IMG/VR virus record: IMGVR_UViG_3300012952_003952
Coordinates: 128,001 to 192,000 of that record
Origin: a virus
Lineage: Duplodnaviria; Caudoviricetes
Reading direction: 5' to 3' (one strand)
DNA: 64,000 nucleotides
This document shows positions 9,435 through 18,704 of the stretch, piece after piece. The position numbers were made by a program, and so were the translations under genes. How positions within the stretch are numbered: the first letter of the stretch is position 1; every line of letters begins with the position of its first letter. The notes under the pieces were generated by a model. It saw only the letters and a list, made by a program, of their open reading frames with translations. It had not been told where the DNA came from and searched no databases.

Positions 9435-11084
9435 ATGAGTAAAAATCTTTATAATGAAGCTATCGCAGAAGCGAAACAACTGCGCGAGATGGCGGAACAA
9501 AACGCAAAAAACAAAATAATCGAAGCAGTAACCCCTAGAATTAGAGCTCTTATCGAACAGCAACTTATGGATGATGTCGAAGAAGAGTCCGACTTAGTAG
9601 TTGGCGAAGAGGGTGTTGCTGAAGACGAAGAAATAGAAATTGCAGTTGCCGACATAACCCCCCTTGCTGCCCCGGCTCCAGAAGTAGAAGCCGCTCCAAA
9701 AGTTTCAATCACAGTACAAGGTGATTTAGAAATGGCGCTTGGAGAAGAAGACAGCGAAGAAGACGAGGATTTGATTTTAAGTCAAGAATCATTCTTACGC
9801 TTAGAGAATTTTTTGCACAATGTGTCAAAAACAAAAAGCTTTTCTGATAGAGTAGTTAGTCTTGCTAAAAGATTTAGCATGCTTAGAGAAGCTATCGATG
9901 GAGTAAATCTTAACAGGTGTACTTCCATTGAAAAACAGACGGCCATTATTTTTTATGGTCGTCTATTAGAGGAAGCTATTATATTATCTGATAATTTAAT
10001 ACTTATGAAAGAGTCCATTGACAATAGACTCGAATTACAATTAACTCAACTAATAAAGGAGATGAGCAATATGTCTAGAAGACGTGACGCAGCAGCTTTC
10101 AGGAGACTCTTTGAAGAGTTAACCAAGGATGAGGGTCTTGAGGAAGTGGGCATGTACGAACAAGAAGAAGAAGAAGTCGAAGTAGAGGACGAAGAGGTCG
10201 TAGACGATGTAGAAGTAGCCGCTGAGCCAGATGTGGATGCAGCTGAAGATGCATTATTGGACCTTGGAGCAGCTCTTGGTCTCGACGTCGAAGTCGAGCA
10301 AGCAGAAGAAGAAGTGGAAGTCGACGTAGAGGAAGAAGAAGAGATCACTCTTGAGGGTGAGCACGCAGATGAAACTGATGAAATGGACGAAGTCTATGAA
10401 ATCGATGAAGCGTCTCTCCGTCGTGAACTTCTTAAAATGAGAAGACTTCGTGAGCAAGAAGAGGGAAGAGCTGCTGAGGCAGATCCTGCACTTGCCCATG
10501 GCGGTGATGATGAAGGAGACGTTATTATTGATGTCGACGAAGATGCTTTATTAAATGCATTGGCTGATGAGCTTGGTGATCCAGGCGTTCCAGAGCCACA
10601 AGTAGAAGCATTCATTCGCCGTAGACTTCGCAGAGCTAGCCGACAGCTAGCAGAATCGCAGAGACGCAACAGAAGAGTTTCTCGTCGTAGATCGGCTAGA
10701 AGAACTTCAGCTCCTGCATCTAACAAAAGAGCCGTTATGGCTGAAAGAACTGTTTCTAAATTAAAGAAGCAGCTTAACGAAATGAATCTTTTTAACGCTA
10801 AGCTTCTATTTGCTAATAAGCTCATGCAGAATCGTGGGCTTTCAACGAAGCAGCAACGCGTAGTCGTCGAGGCACTCGACAAGGCACGCACAATCAGAGA
10901 GGCTAAACTCCTTTATAAGAGTCTTAGCGCATCTCTAAATCGAGGTTCCGGTAAGACTCTATCTGAGAGTCGATCTCGATTGCTCGCATCTTCATCCAAA
11001 TCAACCCGGTCAGGCGCGCCTGCCAAAAGTGGGAATGAGGTAGATCGTTGGGCAGTACTCGCCGGACTTGCTTCCAAAAAATAA
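9435..11084 (+). CDS. prohead core/scaffold protein (gp22-like)
   Basis: Very acidic coiled-coil protein with a basic C-terminal region, immediately upstream of the major capsid gene. Confidence 0.75.
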   Translation: MSKNLYNEAIAEAKQLREMAEQNAKNKIIEAVTPRIRALIEQQLMDDVEEESDLVVGEEGVAEDEEIEIAVADITPLAAPAPEVEAAPKVSITVQGDLEMALGEEDSEEDEDLILSQESFLRLENFLHNVSKTKSFSDRVVSLAKRFSMLREAIDGVNLNRCTSIEKQTAIIFYGRLLEEAIILSDNLILMKESIDNRLELQLTQLIKEMSNMSRRRDAAAFRRLFEELTKDEGLEEVGMYEQEEEEVEVEDEEVVDDVEVAAEPDVDAAEDALLDLGAALGLDVEVEQAEEEVEVDVEEEEEITLEGEHADETDEMDEVYEIDEASLRRELLKMRRLREQEEGRAAEADPALAHGGDDEGDVIIDVDEDALLNALADELGDPGVPEPQVEAFIRRRLRRASRQLAESQRRNRRVSRRRSARRTSAPASNKRAVMAERTVSKLKKQLNEMNLFNAKLLFANKLMQNRGLSTKQQRVVVEALDKARTIREAKLLYKSLSASLNRGSGKTLSESRSRLLASSSKSTRSGAPAKSGNEVDRWAVLAGLASKK

Positions 11085-11109
11085 TATAACAATATAAAGG
11101 AGATTTCAA

Positions 11110-13020
11110 ATGAGCAAGAAATTTACATTGGAGCAGTTAACCGAGGGTATTCGTCAACGTAACGTTGGATCGGGTAACAGTAGGTTAATTGAAAAGTGGT
11201 CTCGCACCGGTCTTCTCAGAGGACTTGAGGGCACTACTCGCGAAAACATGGCGGCACTGCTTGAAAATCAGGCATCCCAGGTTCTTCGTGAGGCTAACTC
11301 AATTTCCACCGGTGGTGGAAACTTAACTTCTTCTGGCGACCTCCGCGGTTTCCAGAACATAGCATTCCCAATCGTCCGTAGAGTTTTCGGCGGCTTGGTA
11401 GCTAATGAGCTTGTATCCGTACAGCCCATGAGCCTTCCATCAGGCCTCCTTTTCTATCTCGATTACACGTATGGAACTAATGTCGGTGGTGCAAATGCAC
11501 CTAAGGGTTCAACTTACGTCTCAGGAACTTCTATCTATAATGCACCTACAGGAAAGGGCGTTCGCTCCGGTTCTCTTGGAATCGGTGGACAGTACAACCT
11601 TGCAGGTTCTGGTTATTCCAGAGTCCACAAAGTTGCTACTAGTATCACTCTCCTCGCTTCTGGCGCGTTCATGGGAGACTCTACGTTCTCCGCAGGTGGT
11701 TCAGGCGCAAGACAAACTCAGCGTATGGTTGCTACTGGTTCTGACGGCAAGCTTCTACAGTTTGACGAGCAGATCTGTAGATTAATTGAAGATAACCCCA
11801 ACGCTGCTGGCGCTGGTGTTTTCAAAGCATACGTTGTTGATTTTGCTTCAGGCAAATTCGCAGATGCCGACACTAGTATGGTCAAAGACTTCGCTCTTAC
11901 ACCAGACGCAGGTGCTAACCCCACAATCCTCTCAAACACTCTGAAGTCAGAAGACGTTCAGGTCAGTGGTGATAACGTCCTTAACGTACGTCGTCTTAAC
12001 CAGTTAGGTAAGTGGAACAATGGTCAGTTCACCGCAGATCCTCTCGTAAAAGCTGGCGATTCTAACGCTGCGCTTCTATTGATTGTTTCTGGTGGTGGTG
12101 GCACTACTGATGCAACCGCTGAGCAGACTTATGACGTTGGTTATGTTCTTAGCCCAAGCTTGAATGCTGGATCTGATGGTGATACCCTTACGATTCCAAC
12201 TTTCGAGTCTAACTTTGCAACTACACCTTCTCCAGAGATCCCAGAGATCGATATCAAGGTAGAATCTATTGCGGTCACCGCGGTAACTCGTAAGCTTCGT
12301 GCTCGCTGGTCACCAGAACTCGCACAGGACCTAAACGCTTACCACAGCCTTGACGCTGAGGTTGAGCTTACTCAGATCCTTTCCGAGCAGATCGCACTTG
12401 AGCTTGACAGAGAAATTCTTAACGACCTTCTCACCCAAGCCAAGACCAACTTCTACTGGTCACGTGCACCTGGTAAGTTCATGAACAAGAGAAGTGGTAC
12501 TCTTATCACTCCCGGAGGCGCTGGTACTATTGGACCAAGCTTCACCGGTACTGTTCGCGAATGGTATGAGACGCTCGTTGAGACTATTATTGATGTTGCT
12601 AACGAAATTCACAGACTCACACTCCGTGGTTCAGCTAACTTCATCGTAGTTTCTCCAGACATCGCAACCATCCTCGAAGCATCCGTCCTCTACCGCCCAA
12701 GCTACAGCTTAGATGGTGATGGACAGGTCGGTACTCCAATGAGTATCGGAGCTGAGAAGGTTGGTACTCTAAGCAACCGCTTCACAGTCTACAAAGATCC
12801 TTACTTCCCACGGAACAAGGTACTTGTCGGATTCAAGGGTGGTAGCTACTTAGAGACTGGTTATGTCTATGCTCCATACGTACCGCTGATCGTTACGCCT
12901 ACTATCTTCGCTCCTGAGGACTTCACCCCAAGAAAGGGTGTTATGACTCGCTACGGCAAGAAGATGGTTCGTTCCGACTTCTACGGTACCGTTACTGTCG
13001 CAGACATGAACGTTATCTAA
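11110..13020 (+). CDS. major capsid protein, copy 1 (T4 gp23-like)
   Basis: LLENQ, FPIVRRVF, VSVQPMSLPSGLLFYL, RKLRARWSPELAQDL, EIL/LDREIL, YAPYVPL and GVMTRYG; AAGGAG RBS. Confidence 0.95.
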   Translation: MSKKFTLEQLTEGIRQRNVGSGNSRLIEKWSRTGLLRGLEGTTRENMAALLENQASQVLREANSISTGGGNLTSSGDLRGFQNIAFPIVRRVFGGLVANELVSVQPMSLPSGLLFYLDYTYGTNVGGANAPKGSTYVSGTSIYNAPTGKGVRSGSLGIGGQYNLAGSGYSRVHKVATSITLLASGAFMGDSTFSAGGSGARQTQRMVATGSDGKLLQFDEQICRLIEDNPNAAGAGVFKAYVVDFASGKFADADTSMVKDFALTPDAGANPTILSNTLKSEDVQVSGDNVLNVRRLNQLGKWNNGQFTADPLVKAGDSNAALLLIVSGGGGTTDATAEQTYDVGYVLSPSLNAGSDGDTLTIPTFESNFATTPSPEIPEIDIKVESIAVTAVTRKLRARWSPELAQDLNAYHSLDAEVELTQILSEQIALELDREILNDLLTQAKTNFYWSRAPGKFMNKRSGTLITPGGAGTIGPSFTGTVREWYETLVETIIDVANEIHRLTLRGSANFIVVSPDIATILEASVLYRPSYSLDGDGQVGTPMSIGAEKVGTLSNRFTVYKDPYFPRNKVLVGFKGGSYLETGYVYAPYVPLIVTPTIFAPEDFTPRKGVMTRYGKKMVRSDFYGTVTVADMNVI

Positions 13021-13035
13021 ACCCTAACAGTGATG

Positions 13036-13061
13036 GGGCGGTGCTCTAACGAGCACCGCTC
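13036..13061 (+). other. GC-rich RNA hairpin between the two capsid genes
   Basis: GCGGTGCTC-TAAC-GAGCACCGC perfect 9-bp stem (13038-13059), extendable with G-U and G-C pairs; no U-tract follows. Confidence 0.7.
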
Positions 13062-13081
13062 TTGATCGGAGAAAATATAAT

Positions 13082-14965
13082 ATGTCTAAAAAATTTACAT
13101 TAGAACAACTAACTGAAGGAATTCGCCAACGTAATGTTGGTAAAGGTAATTCTAAGTTAGTTGAAAAGTGGTCTCGTACTGGACTTCTTCGAGGTCTTGA
13201 AGGTACCACTCGCGAGAACATGGCTTCTCTTCTAGAAAACCAGGCGTCTCAAGTTCTCCGCGAAGCTAACTCAATCTCTACCGGTGGAGGAAACTTAACT
13301 TCTTCTGGTGATTTAAGAGGCTTTCAAAACATTGCGTTTCCAATCGTCCGTAGAGTCTTTGGTGGATTAGTTGCTAACGAACTAGTTTCAGTTCAGCCTA
13401 TGAGCCTTCCTTCTGGTCTGCTCTTCTATCTAGACTATACTTACGGCACAAACGTTGGCGGTAATGATGATGCTGGTGATGAAGCCACTTATCCTTCCGG
13501 AAGCTCTATTTATAACGCCCCAACTGGAAAGGGCATTCGCTCTGGCTCGTTAGGCATAGGTGGACAGTACAACCTTGCAGGTTCTGGTTACTCTAGAGTT
13601 CGCCAAGTTGCCAATACGATTACGATCATGGCTTCCGGCGCATACAACGGAGGATCAACTTTTACTGCTGCTAAGAGATTGGCTGCTACCGGTTCAGATG
13701 GTAAACTTCTTCAGTTTGATCCACAGATCTGTAGGTTGATTGAAGATAATCCCAACGCTGCTGGCGCTGGTGTTTTCACCGCAATGTTCATTGACTTAAA
13801 CTCTACGCAGTTTAGCAATGGTGATCTTAGTATGGTTAAGGATTTCTCTCTTATTCCTTCTGGAACAGGTGGTCTTAACTTCAATGAGATAGCTCAAACG
13901 CTGAAAGATGAAGATATTCAGATTTCTGGAAAGAGAGTTGTTAACGTACGTCGTCTTAATCAATTAGGAAAGTGGGATGGAAGTAACTTCACGCATGATC
14001 CTTTAGTTAAGGCTGGCGATTCTAACGCAGCTATATTGATGATCGTTTCTGGTACTCGAATCATGGCAGATGGTGCAGACATAAACTATGTCTTAGCTCC
14101 AGATTTAAATGCTGGATCTGATGGTGACACTCTTACCATTCCAACTTTTGAATCTGACTTCGCGGCTTCTCCATCTCCTGAAATTCCAGAGATTGATATT
14201 AAAGTTGAGTCAATCGCAGTTACTGCAGTTACTAGAAAGCTTCGTGCTCGCTGGTCACCAGAACTTGCTCAAGACTTGAATGCATATCACTCTTTAGATG
14301 CAGAAGTAGAGCTTACACAGATCCTATCTGAGCAGATCGCTCTTGAACTTGACCGTGAGATCCTTAATGATCTACTTACCCAAGCTAAGACTAACTTCTA
14401 TTGGTCAAGAGCTCCCGGTAAGTTCATGAACAAGAGAAGCGGAACCCTCATTACTCCTGGTGGTGCTGGAACTATTGGACCAAGCTTCACAGGAACAGTC
14501 AGAGAGTGGTACGAGACCCTTGTCGAGACCATTATCGATGTTGCTAATGAGATCCACCGCCTGACTCTTAGAGGTTCAGCTAACTTCATCGTAGTGTCTC
14601 CAGACATTGCAACTATCCTTGAAGCCTCAGTTCTTTATCGTCCAAGCTACAGCTTAGACGGTGATGGACAAGTCGGCAGCCCGATGAGCATTGGCGCTGA
14701 GAACGTAGGTACTCTTTCAAACCGTTTCACGGTTTATAAAGACCCATACTTCCCGCGCAACAAGGTTCTCGTCGGATTCAAGGGCGGAAGTTATCTTGAG
14801 ACTGGATATGTATACGCACCTTATGTACCACTTATTGTCACTCCAACAATCTTCGCACCAGAAGACTTCACACCTCGTAAGGGCGTGATGACTCGATATG
14901 GTAAGAAGATGGTTCGTTCCGACTTCTATGGTACAGTTACTGTCGCAGACATGAACGTTATTTAA
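13082..14965 (+). CDS. major capsid protein, copy 2 (T4 gp23-like)
   Basis: Same gp23 motifs as copy 1; GGAG RBS; different central region. Confidence 0.95.
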   Translation: MSKKFTLEQLTEGIRQRNVGKGNSKLVEKWSRTGLLRGLEGTTRENMASLLENQASQVLREANSISTGGGNLTSSGDLRGFQNIAFPIVRRVFGGLVANELVSVQPMSLPSGLLFYLDYTYGTNVGGNDDAGDEATYPSGSSIYNAPTGKGIRSGSLGIGGQYNLAGSGYSRVRQVANTITIMASGAYNGGSTFTAAKRLAATGSDGKLLQFDPQICRLIEDNPNAAGAGVFTAMFIDLNSTQFSNGDLSMVKDFSLIPSGTGGLNFNEIAQTLKDEDIQISGKRVVNVRRLNQLGKWDGSNFTHDPLVKAGDSNAAILMIVSGTRIMADGADINYVLAPDLNAGSDGDTLTIPTFESDFAASPSPEIPEIDIKVESIAVTAVTRKLRARWSPELAQDLNAYHSLDAEVELTQILSEQIALELDREILNDLLTQAKTNFYWSRAPGKFMNKRSGTLITPGGAGTIGPSFTGTVREWYETLVETIIDVANEIHRLTLRGSANFIVVSPDIATILEASVLYRPSYSLDGDGQVGSPMSIGAENVGTLSNRFTVYKDPYFPRNKVLVGFKGGSYLETGYVYAPYVPLIVTPTIFAPEDFTPRKGVMTRYGKKMVRSDFYGTVTVADMNVI

Positions 14966-14984
14966 TAATTACGTCAAATAATAT

Positions 14985-15020
14985 TGAGGCGGCGTTTTTG
15001 ACGCCGCCTCATTTGTTTTA
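14985..15020 (+). terminator. intrinsic terminator after the capsid genes
   Basis: TGAGGCGGCGT-TTTTG-ACGCCGCCTCA 11-bp stem followed by TTTGTTTT. Confidence 0.85.
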
Positions 15021-15069
15021 TTAAACGTTTAATAAAGCAAGTTATAATATAATCAAATTGGAGTTTATC

Positions 15070-15354
15070 ATGGATGATACTACTAAAAACACAAGAGCTC
15101 GCTCTAGAAAACCCGCAGTTAAAAAAGAAGTTTCAAACTCTGCAGACACTAAAGCGCTTGAAAAAGCAGTGGCGTCTCTTACTAACAGATGCGACGCTTT
15201 AGAAGCAAGGTGCGCTAAATTAGAGAACGCTAAAACACCAAAAGCTTCTGGAAGCAACGATATTTCTGAAGCTAGATGGGAGAGCCTTAAGCTATTTTTA
15301 GAAAAGAAGTTTGGCAGAGATTGGTTAAAGCGCACCGGTATGTGGGAACTTTAA
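15070..15354 (+). CDS. hypothetical protein
   Basis: GGAG RBS at 15060; TATAAT at 15043 upstream. Confidence 0.6.
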   Translation: MDDTTKNTRARSRKPAVKKEVSNSADTKALEKAVASLTNRCDALEARCAKLENAKTPKASGSNDISEARWESLKLFLEKKFGRDWLKRTGMWEL

Positions 15355-15492
15355 TTTTTTTGAAAAAAAATAAAGCTTTATCTAGACAAATTTATGTGAT
15401 TAATCACACGTAGAAATTTATTAGGGCAAAGTTTACGCTCGGTAACTATGGAAACTAGCTTAATAGTTAGTCATAGTTGCCGAGTTTTTTTT

Positions 15493-16683
15493 ATGTCATC
15501 ACAATTTTTTAAAACCTTAAAGCCTACTCCATTTGGATTCTTTGATGAAGAGCTAGCGTTTCAAAAAGAAGCGGATGCTATTGTCACTTATGTAAAGAGA
15601 AAATTAGGTGATGATATTTTGAGCGTGGAGCTTACTAAAAAGCAGATTTGGGCTTGCTTAGAAGAATCAACTCTAGAATATGGAGCCTTAGTAAATGAAT
15701 TTCAAACGAAATCTCAGCTAAGTAACGTGCTAGGAGCTTCTACTGGTTCTAATATTCAAGGAAAGTACGCGCACGAAACGCTAGACTTTATTTTAAGGCT
15801 AGCAGAGCCGTATGCTCAAGAAGGCGGATTTGGAGGGTCTTATAATACTTTGTCTGGCTCTATTAAACTAGAGAGCGGAAGACAAGATTATGACATGTAC
15901 GATGAGCTTAAAGATGAGAGTGGTAATTTAATTTTCTCTTCTAGCTTAAACGGGAACGGAGCGGGTAGAATGAAGATTATGGAAGTATTCCACTTCTCCC
16001 CTCAAGCAGCCTACAGATTTTTTGATACTACATCTGCAATAAACTATCTTAATAACGAATTTTCTTTTGAATCATTCACCCCCGAAACAGTATTTTATGT
16101 ACTTCCAGTATTTGAAGACGTTTTACGCGGCGGAATGATGGATATGTCTAATAGAGTAAGAAGATCTAATTTTTCTTATAGAACCCAAGGTACAAAAATT
16201 AGAATTTTCCCCACTCCAACTTTTGGCGATGGAAACGATGTCGCTGAGAAAAATAGAAAACTTTGGATAAGAGTTGGGTTTGGAAGCAATCCATTTGATC
16301 CAGCTTATAATGACGAAACTATCGATGGAGTCAGCGATTTTTCTAACATTCCTTATGATAATATAAAATATGAAAATATTAATAGCATGGGAAGGCACTG
16401 GATTAGAGAATATACCCTAGCTTCTTCCAAAGAGCTTTTAGGGTTGGTAAGATCTAAATTCTCTTCAGTTCCAATCCCAGGAGGAGATCTTCAGCTAGAT
16501 GGATCCACTTTAGTAACTCAAGGTAGAGAAGATAAAGATAAACTTAAGACAGACTTGAAAGAATTGTTAGATTCTTTAACTTATGATAAAATGCTTGAAG
16601 GAGAAGCAGGAAAAGCCGGTAATCTTCAAACCGTTCTTAAAACTGTTCCAATTCCTATGGGCAAAGCAATAGTGATAGGTTAA
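15493..16683 (+). CDS. neck/head-tail adaptor (gp13-like)
   Basis: YVKRKLGDDILSVELT near the N-terminus and KFSSVPIPGGDLQLDG near the C-terminus; position after the capsid genes. Confidence 0.7.
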   Translation: MSSQFFKTLKPTPFGFFDEELAFQKEADAIVTYVKRKLGDDILSVELTKKQIWACLEESTLEYGALVNEFQTKSQLSNVLGASTGSNIQGKYAHETLDFILRLAEPYAQEGGFGGSYNTLSGSIKLESGRQDYDMYDELKDESGNLIFSSSLNGNGAGRMKIMEVFHFSPQAAYRFFDTTSAINYLNNEFSFESFTPETVFYVLPVFEDVLRGGMMDMSNRVRRSNFSYRTQGTKIRIFPTPTFGDGNDVAEKNRKLWIRVGFGSNPFDPAYNDETIDGVSDFSNIPYDNIKYENINSMGRHWIREYTLASSKELLGLVRSKFSSVPIPGGDLQLDGSTLVTQGREDKDKLKTDLKELLDSLTYDKMLEGEAGKAGNLQTVLKTVPIPMGKAIVIG

Positions 16684-16690
16684 GGTTAGT

Positions 16691-17368
16691 ATGGCTCGCT
16701 TGTTTATAACTCCAAGAGAAATTGATCTAATCTCAGATATTAATAAGGAGATAGTCAAAGACGTTATCGGGCAAAGAGTCTACTATTACAAAGTTAGAGA
16801 AGAACTTTCTAACGTTCATGATGTTTACGAAGAGGCAATAGATAAGATATTCGACCCCCCTATAGACCTAGACGCAACAATTGAGTGGAATCAAGCTGAG
16901 ATAAGAACTAATCAATTCGGGTCTGAAGAATACAGCACTATTACGGTCTATGTGCAATATAGAGACATTTTAGATAAAGAAATAGACGTCGAAGAGGGAG
17001 ATTACGTAAGCTATGGAGACACTTTTTTCGAAATAGTCACGGCGGTCATTGATAGCACAATTTTCGGCGAAATAGAATATTCTACCGGGTATAAACTAAC
17101 ATGCAAACAAGCCAGAAAAGGCCTGATAGACAAAATTCCTCTTGGGCCTACTGATGAAGCTTACTCAGACGCTGATGCTGTAGAAAAAACGTTTGTCCAG
17201 CAGAGAGGATACACCGAAAACAAACTCGGTCCAACTGGAGACGTAAGAGCGCTTCAGCAACAAGGAAAATTGCAGCGTCCTCCGGAAGGGCCTGTTGAAG
17301 TTTCTCCAAAGGGAGACTCTAAAGGAATATCGTCAGCTTTTTATGGCGATGATGGAGAAGATTGCTGA
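16691..17368 (+). CDS. neck/head-completion protein (gp14-like)
   Basis: Position between gp13-like and gp15-like genes; EGDYVSYGDTFFEI motif. Confidence 0.55.
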   Translation: MARLFITPREIDLISDINKEIVKDVIGQRVYYYKVREELSNVHDVYEEAIDKIFDPPIDLDATIEWNQAEIRTNQFGSEEYSTITVYVQYRDILDKEIDVEEGDYVSYGDTFFEIVTAVIDSTIFGEIEYSTGYKLTCKQARKGLIDKIPLGPTDEAYSDADAVEKTFVQQRGYTENKLGPTGDVRALQQQGKLQRPPEGPVEVSPKGDSKGISSAFYGDDGEDC

Positions 17369-18642
17369 TGTCTACTAGAAAACAAACATCACCTAACTTT
17401 CTCCCCATGGGCGCAAGCATAGATTCAGAGCTTAACCTCCCGTCTTGCACTATTGAAGATGTCGATAGAGCGCTTTTTAATCTTTTTGATAAAGACTTAG
17501 ATTTAATTTATAAAGAAAAGAAAACAACTAGAAAAGTTCCAATTATTTTCGCAACTGGAGAAAGATTTGCAGTTCTCAGAAGAAAGCAGCCGCTTAGAGA
17601 TAAAGCTGGAGCAATTATTCTTCCGTTAATCTCTATTCAGAGGACTGGAATCGATCAAACCCCTTCAAAGGGAGCTGCTACAAACCAGAGTGCTCCTATC
17701 ACTATTAAGAAGAAGTTATCTCCTAGAGATTCTGCTTATCAACAGATTTTAAACAAAGAAAGATTACAAAATTCTGATGACAGAGCTACGCCTAATCACC
17801 AGCTAACCACTAAAGAAACAAAGGGCGGATTAGGGAGAGGTGCTGAGCCAGGAACGATTGCTACAAGAAGAAAAAGGCCAAACGAAAAATCTAATTTTAA
17901 GAATGGCAGACTAATATCTGATAGTATAGCAAACAACATATATGAGATCTATACCATGGAGCCTCCTAAGTATTATGTGGCAACCTACGAGATTACAGTA
18001 TGGGCACAATATACTCAGCAGATGAACGATCTTTTGACTGCTATTATGTCTTCTTATCATTCTTTTGGACAAAGGGTTTACAGAATAGAAACTGAAAAAG
18101 GCTACTTTTTCAGCGCATATTTTGCGTCAAGTATATCTACAAACAATAATTTTGATGATTTTACGGATAGTGAGAGAATAGTTAGAAATACGTTTACCGT
18201 AGAAGTTCCAGGTTATATCGTAAATCCTGATTATCCTGGATCCACTCCTACACACCGCAGATATATTTCTGCTCCATCTATAAGTTTTGATATGACTCAA
18301 GTGAACTCTGTTCCAGATAAAATTTTAGTTGAAGGAATCCCAAGTGGCAATCCAAATGACTACATATTGCAAGACGTAAAAACAAAAGATGATCCAGGTG
18401 TCGCAAGAGTGGCGGGTGGTAAAGCGGCAGTTCCAGGAAATTATTATAAAAATACTAGCGTGGGTGGTTCACAGGCTGGTAATACGCCATTAACGGTTAA
18501 GAGGGTAGAAATTGACCCTGTTACCGGGCAAACCATTAAAAAACAATTAACAATGACTACTAGAATCCAAAGAAAGGGTGAGACAGTTTATAAAGAATTG
18601 CTTACTCATGACTTAGGAGATTTAGTAATTGAACCAGAATGA
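17368..18642 (+). CDS. tail terminator/sheath stabiliser (gp15-like)
   Basis: TGATG overlap; KVPIIFATGER and LPLISIQRTG resemble gp15-type motifs; precedes the sheath genes. Confidence 0.6.
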   Translation: MSTRKQTSPNFLPMGASIDSELNLPSCTIEDVDRALFNLFDKDLDLIYKEKKTTRKVPIIFATGERFAVLRRKQPLRDKAGAIILPLISIQRTGIDQTPSKGAATNQSAPITIKKKLSPRDSAYQQILNKERLQNSDDRATPNHQLTTKETKGGLGRGAEPGTIATRRKRPNEKSNFKNGRLISDSIANNIYEIYTMEPPKYYVATYEITVWAQYTQQMNDLLTAIMSSYHSFGQRVYRIETEKGYFFSAYFASSISTNNNFDDFTDSERIVRNTFTVEVPGYIVNPDYPGSTPTHRRYISAPSISFDMTQVNSVPDKILVEGIPSGNPNDYILQDVKTKDDPGVARVAGGKAAVPGNYYKNTSVGGSQAGNTPLTVKRVEIDPVTGQTIKKQLTMTTRIQRKGETVYKELLTHDLGDLVIEPE

Positions 18643-18704
18643 GATTTTTGAGTTTGAAATGAATATTTATGAAAGACAGCAAATATGCTTGAGGAGAGAT
18701 TTAA

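Noticed and set aside
9540-10400. GAA/GAC-rich repeats in the scaffold gene
   Set aside because: Explained by Glu/Asp-rich coding, not an independent DNA repeat.
11110-14965. Capsid duplication as a simple assembly repeat
   Set aside because: The copies differ at many synonymous sites and in the whole central domain, so they are not duplicated reads. A strain chimera cannot be excluded without read data.
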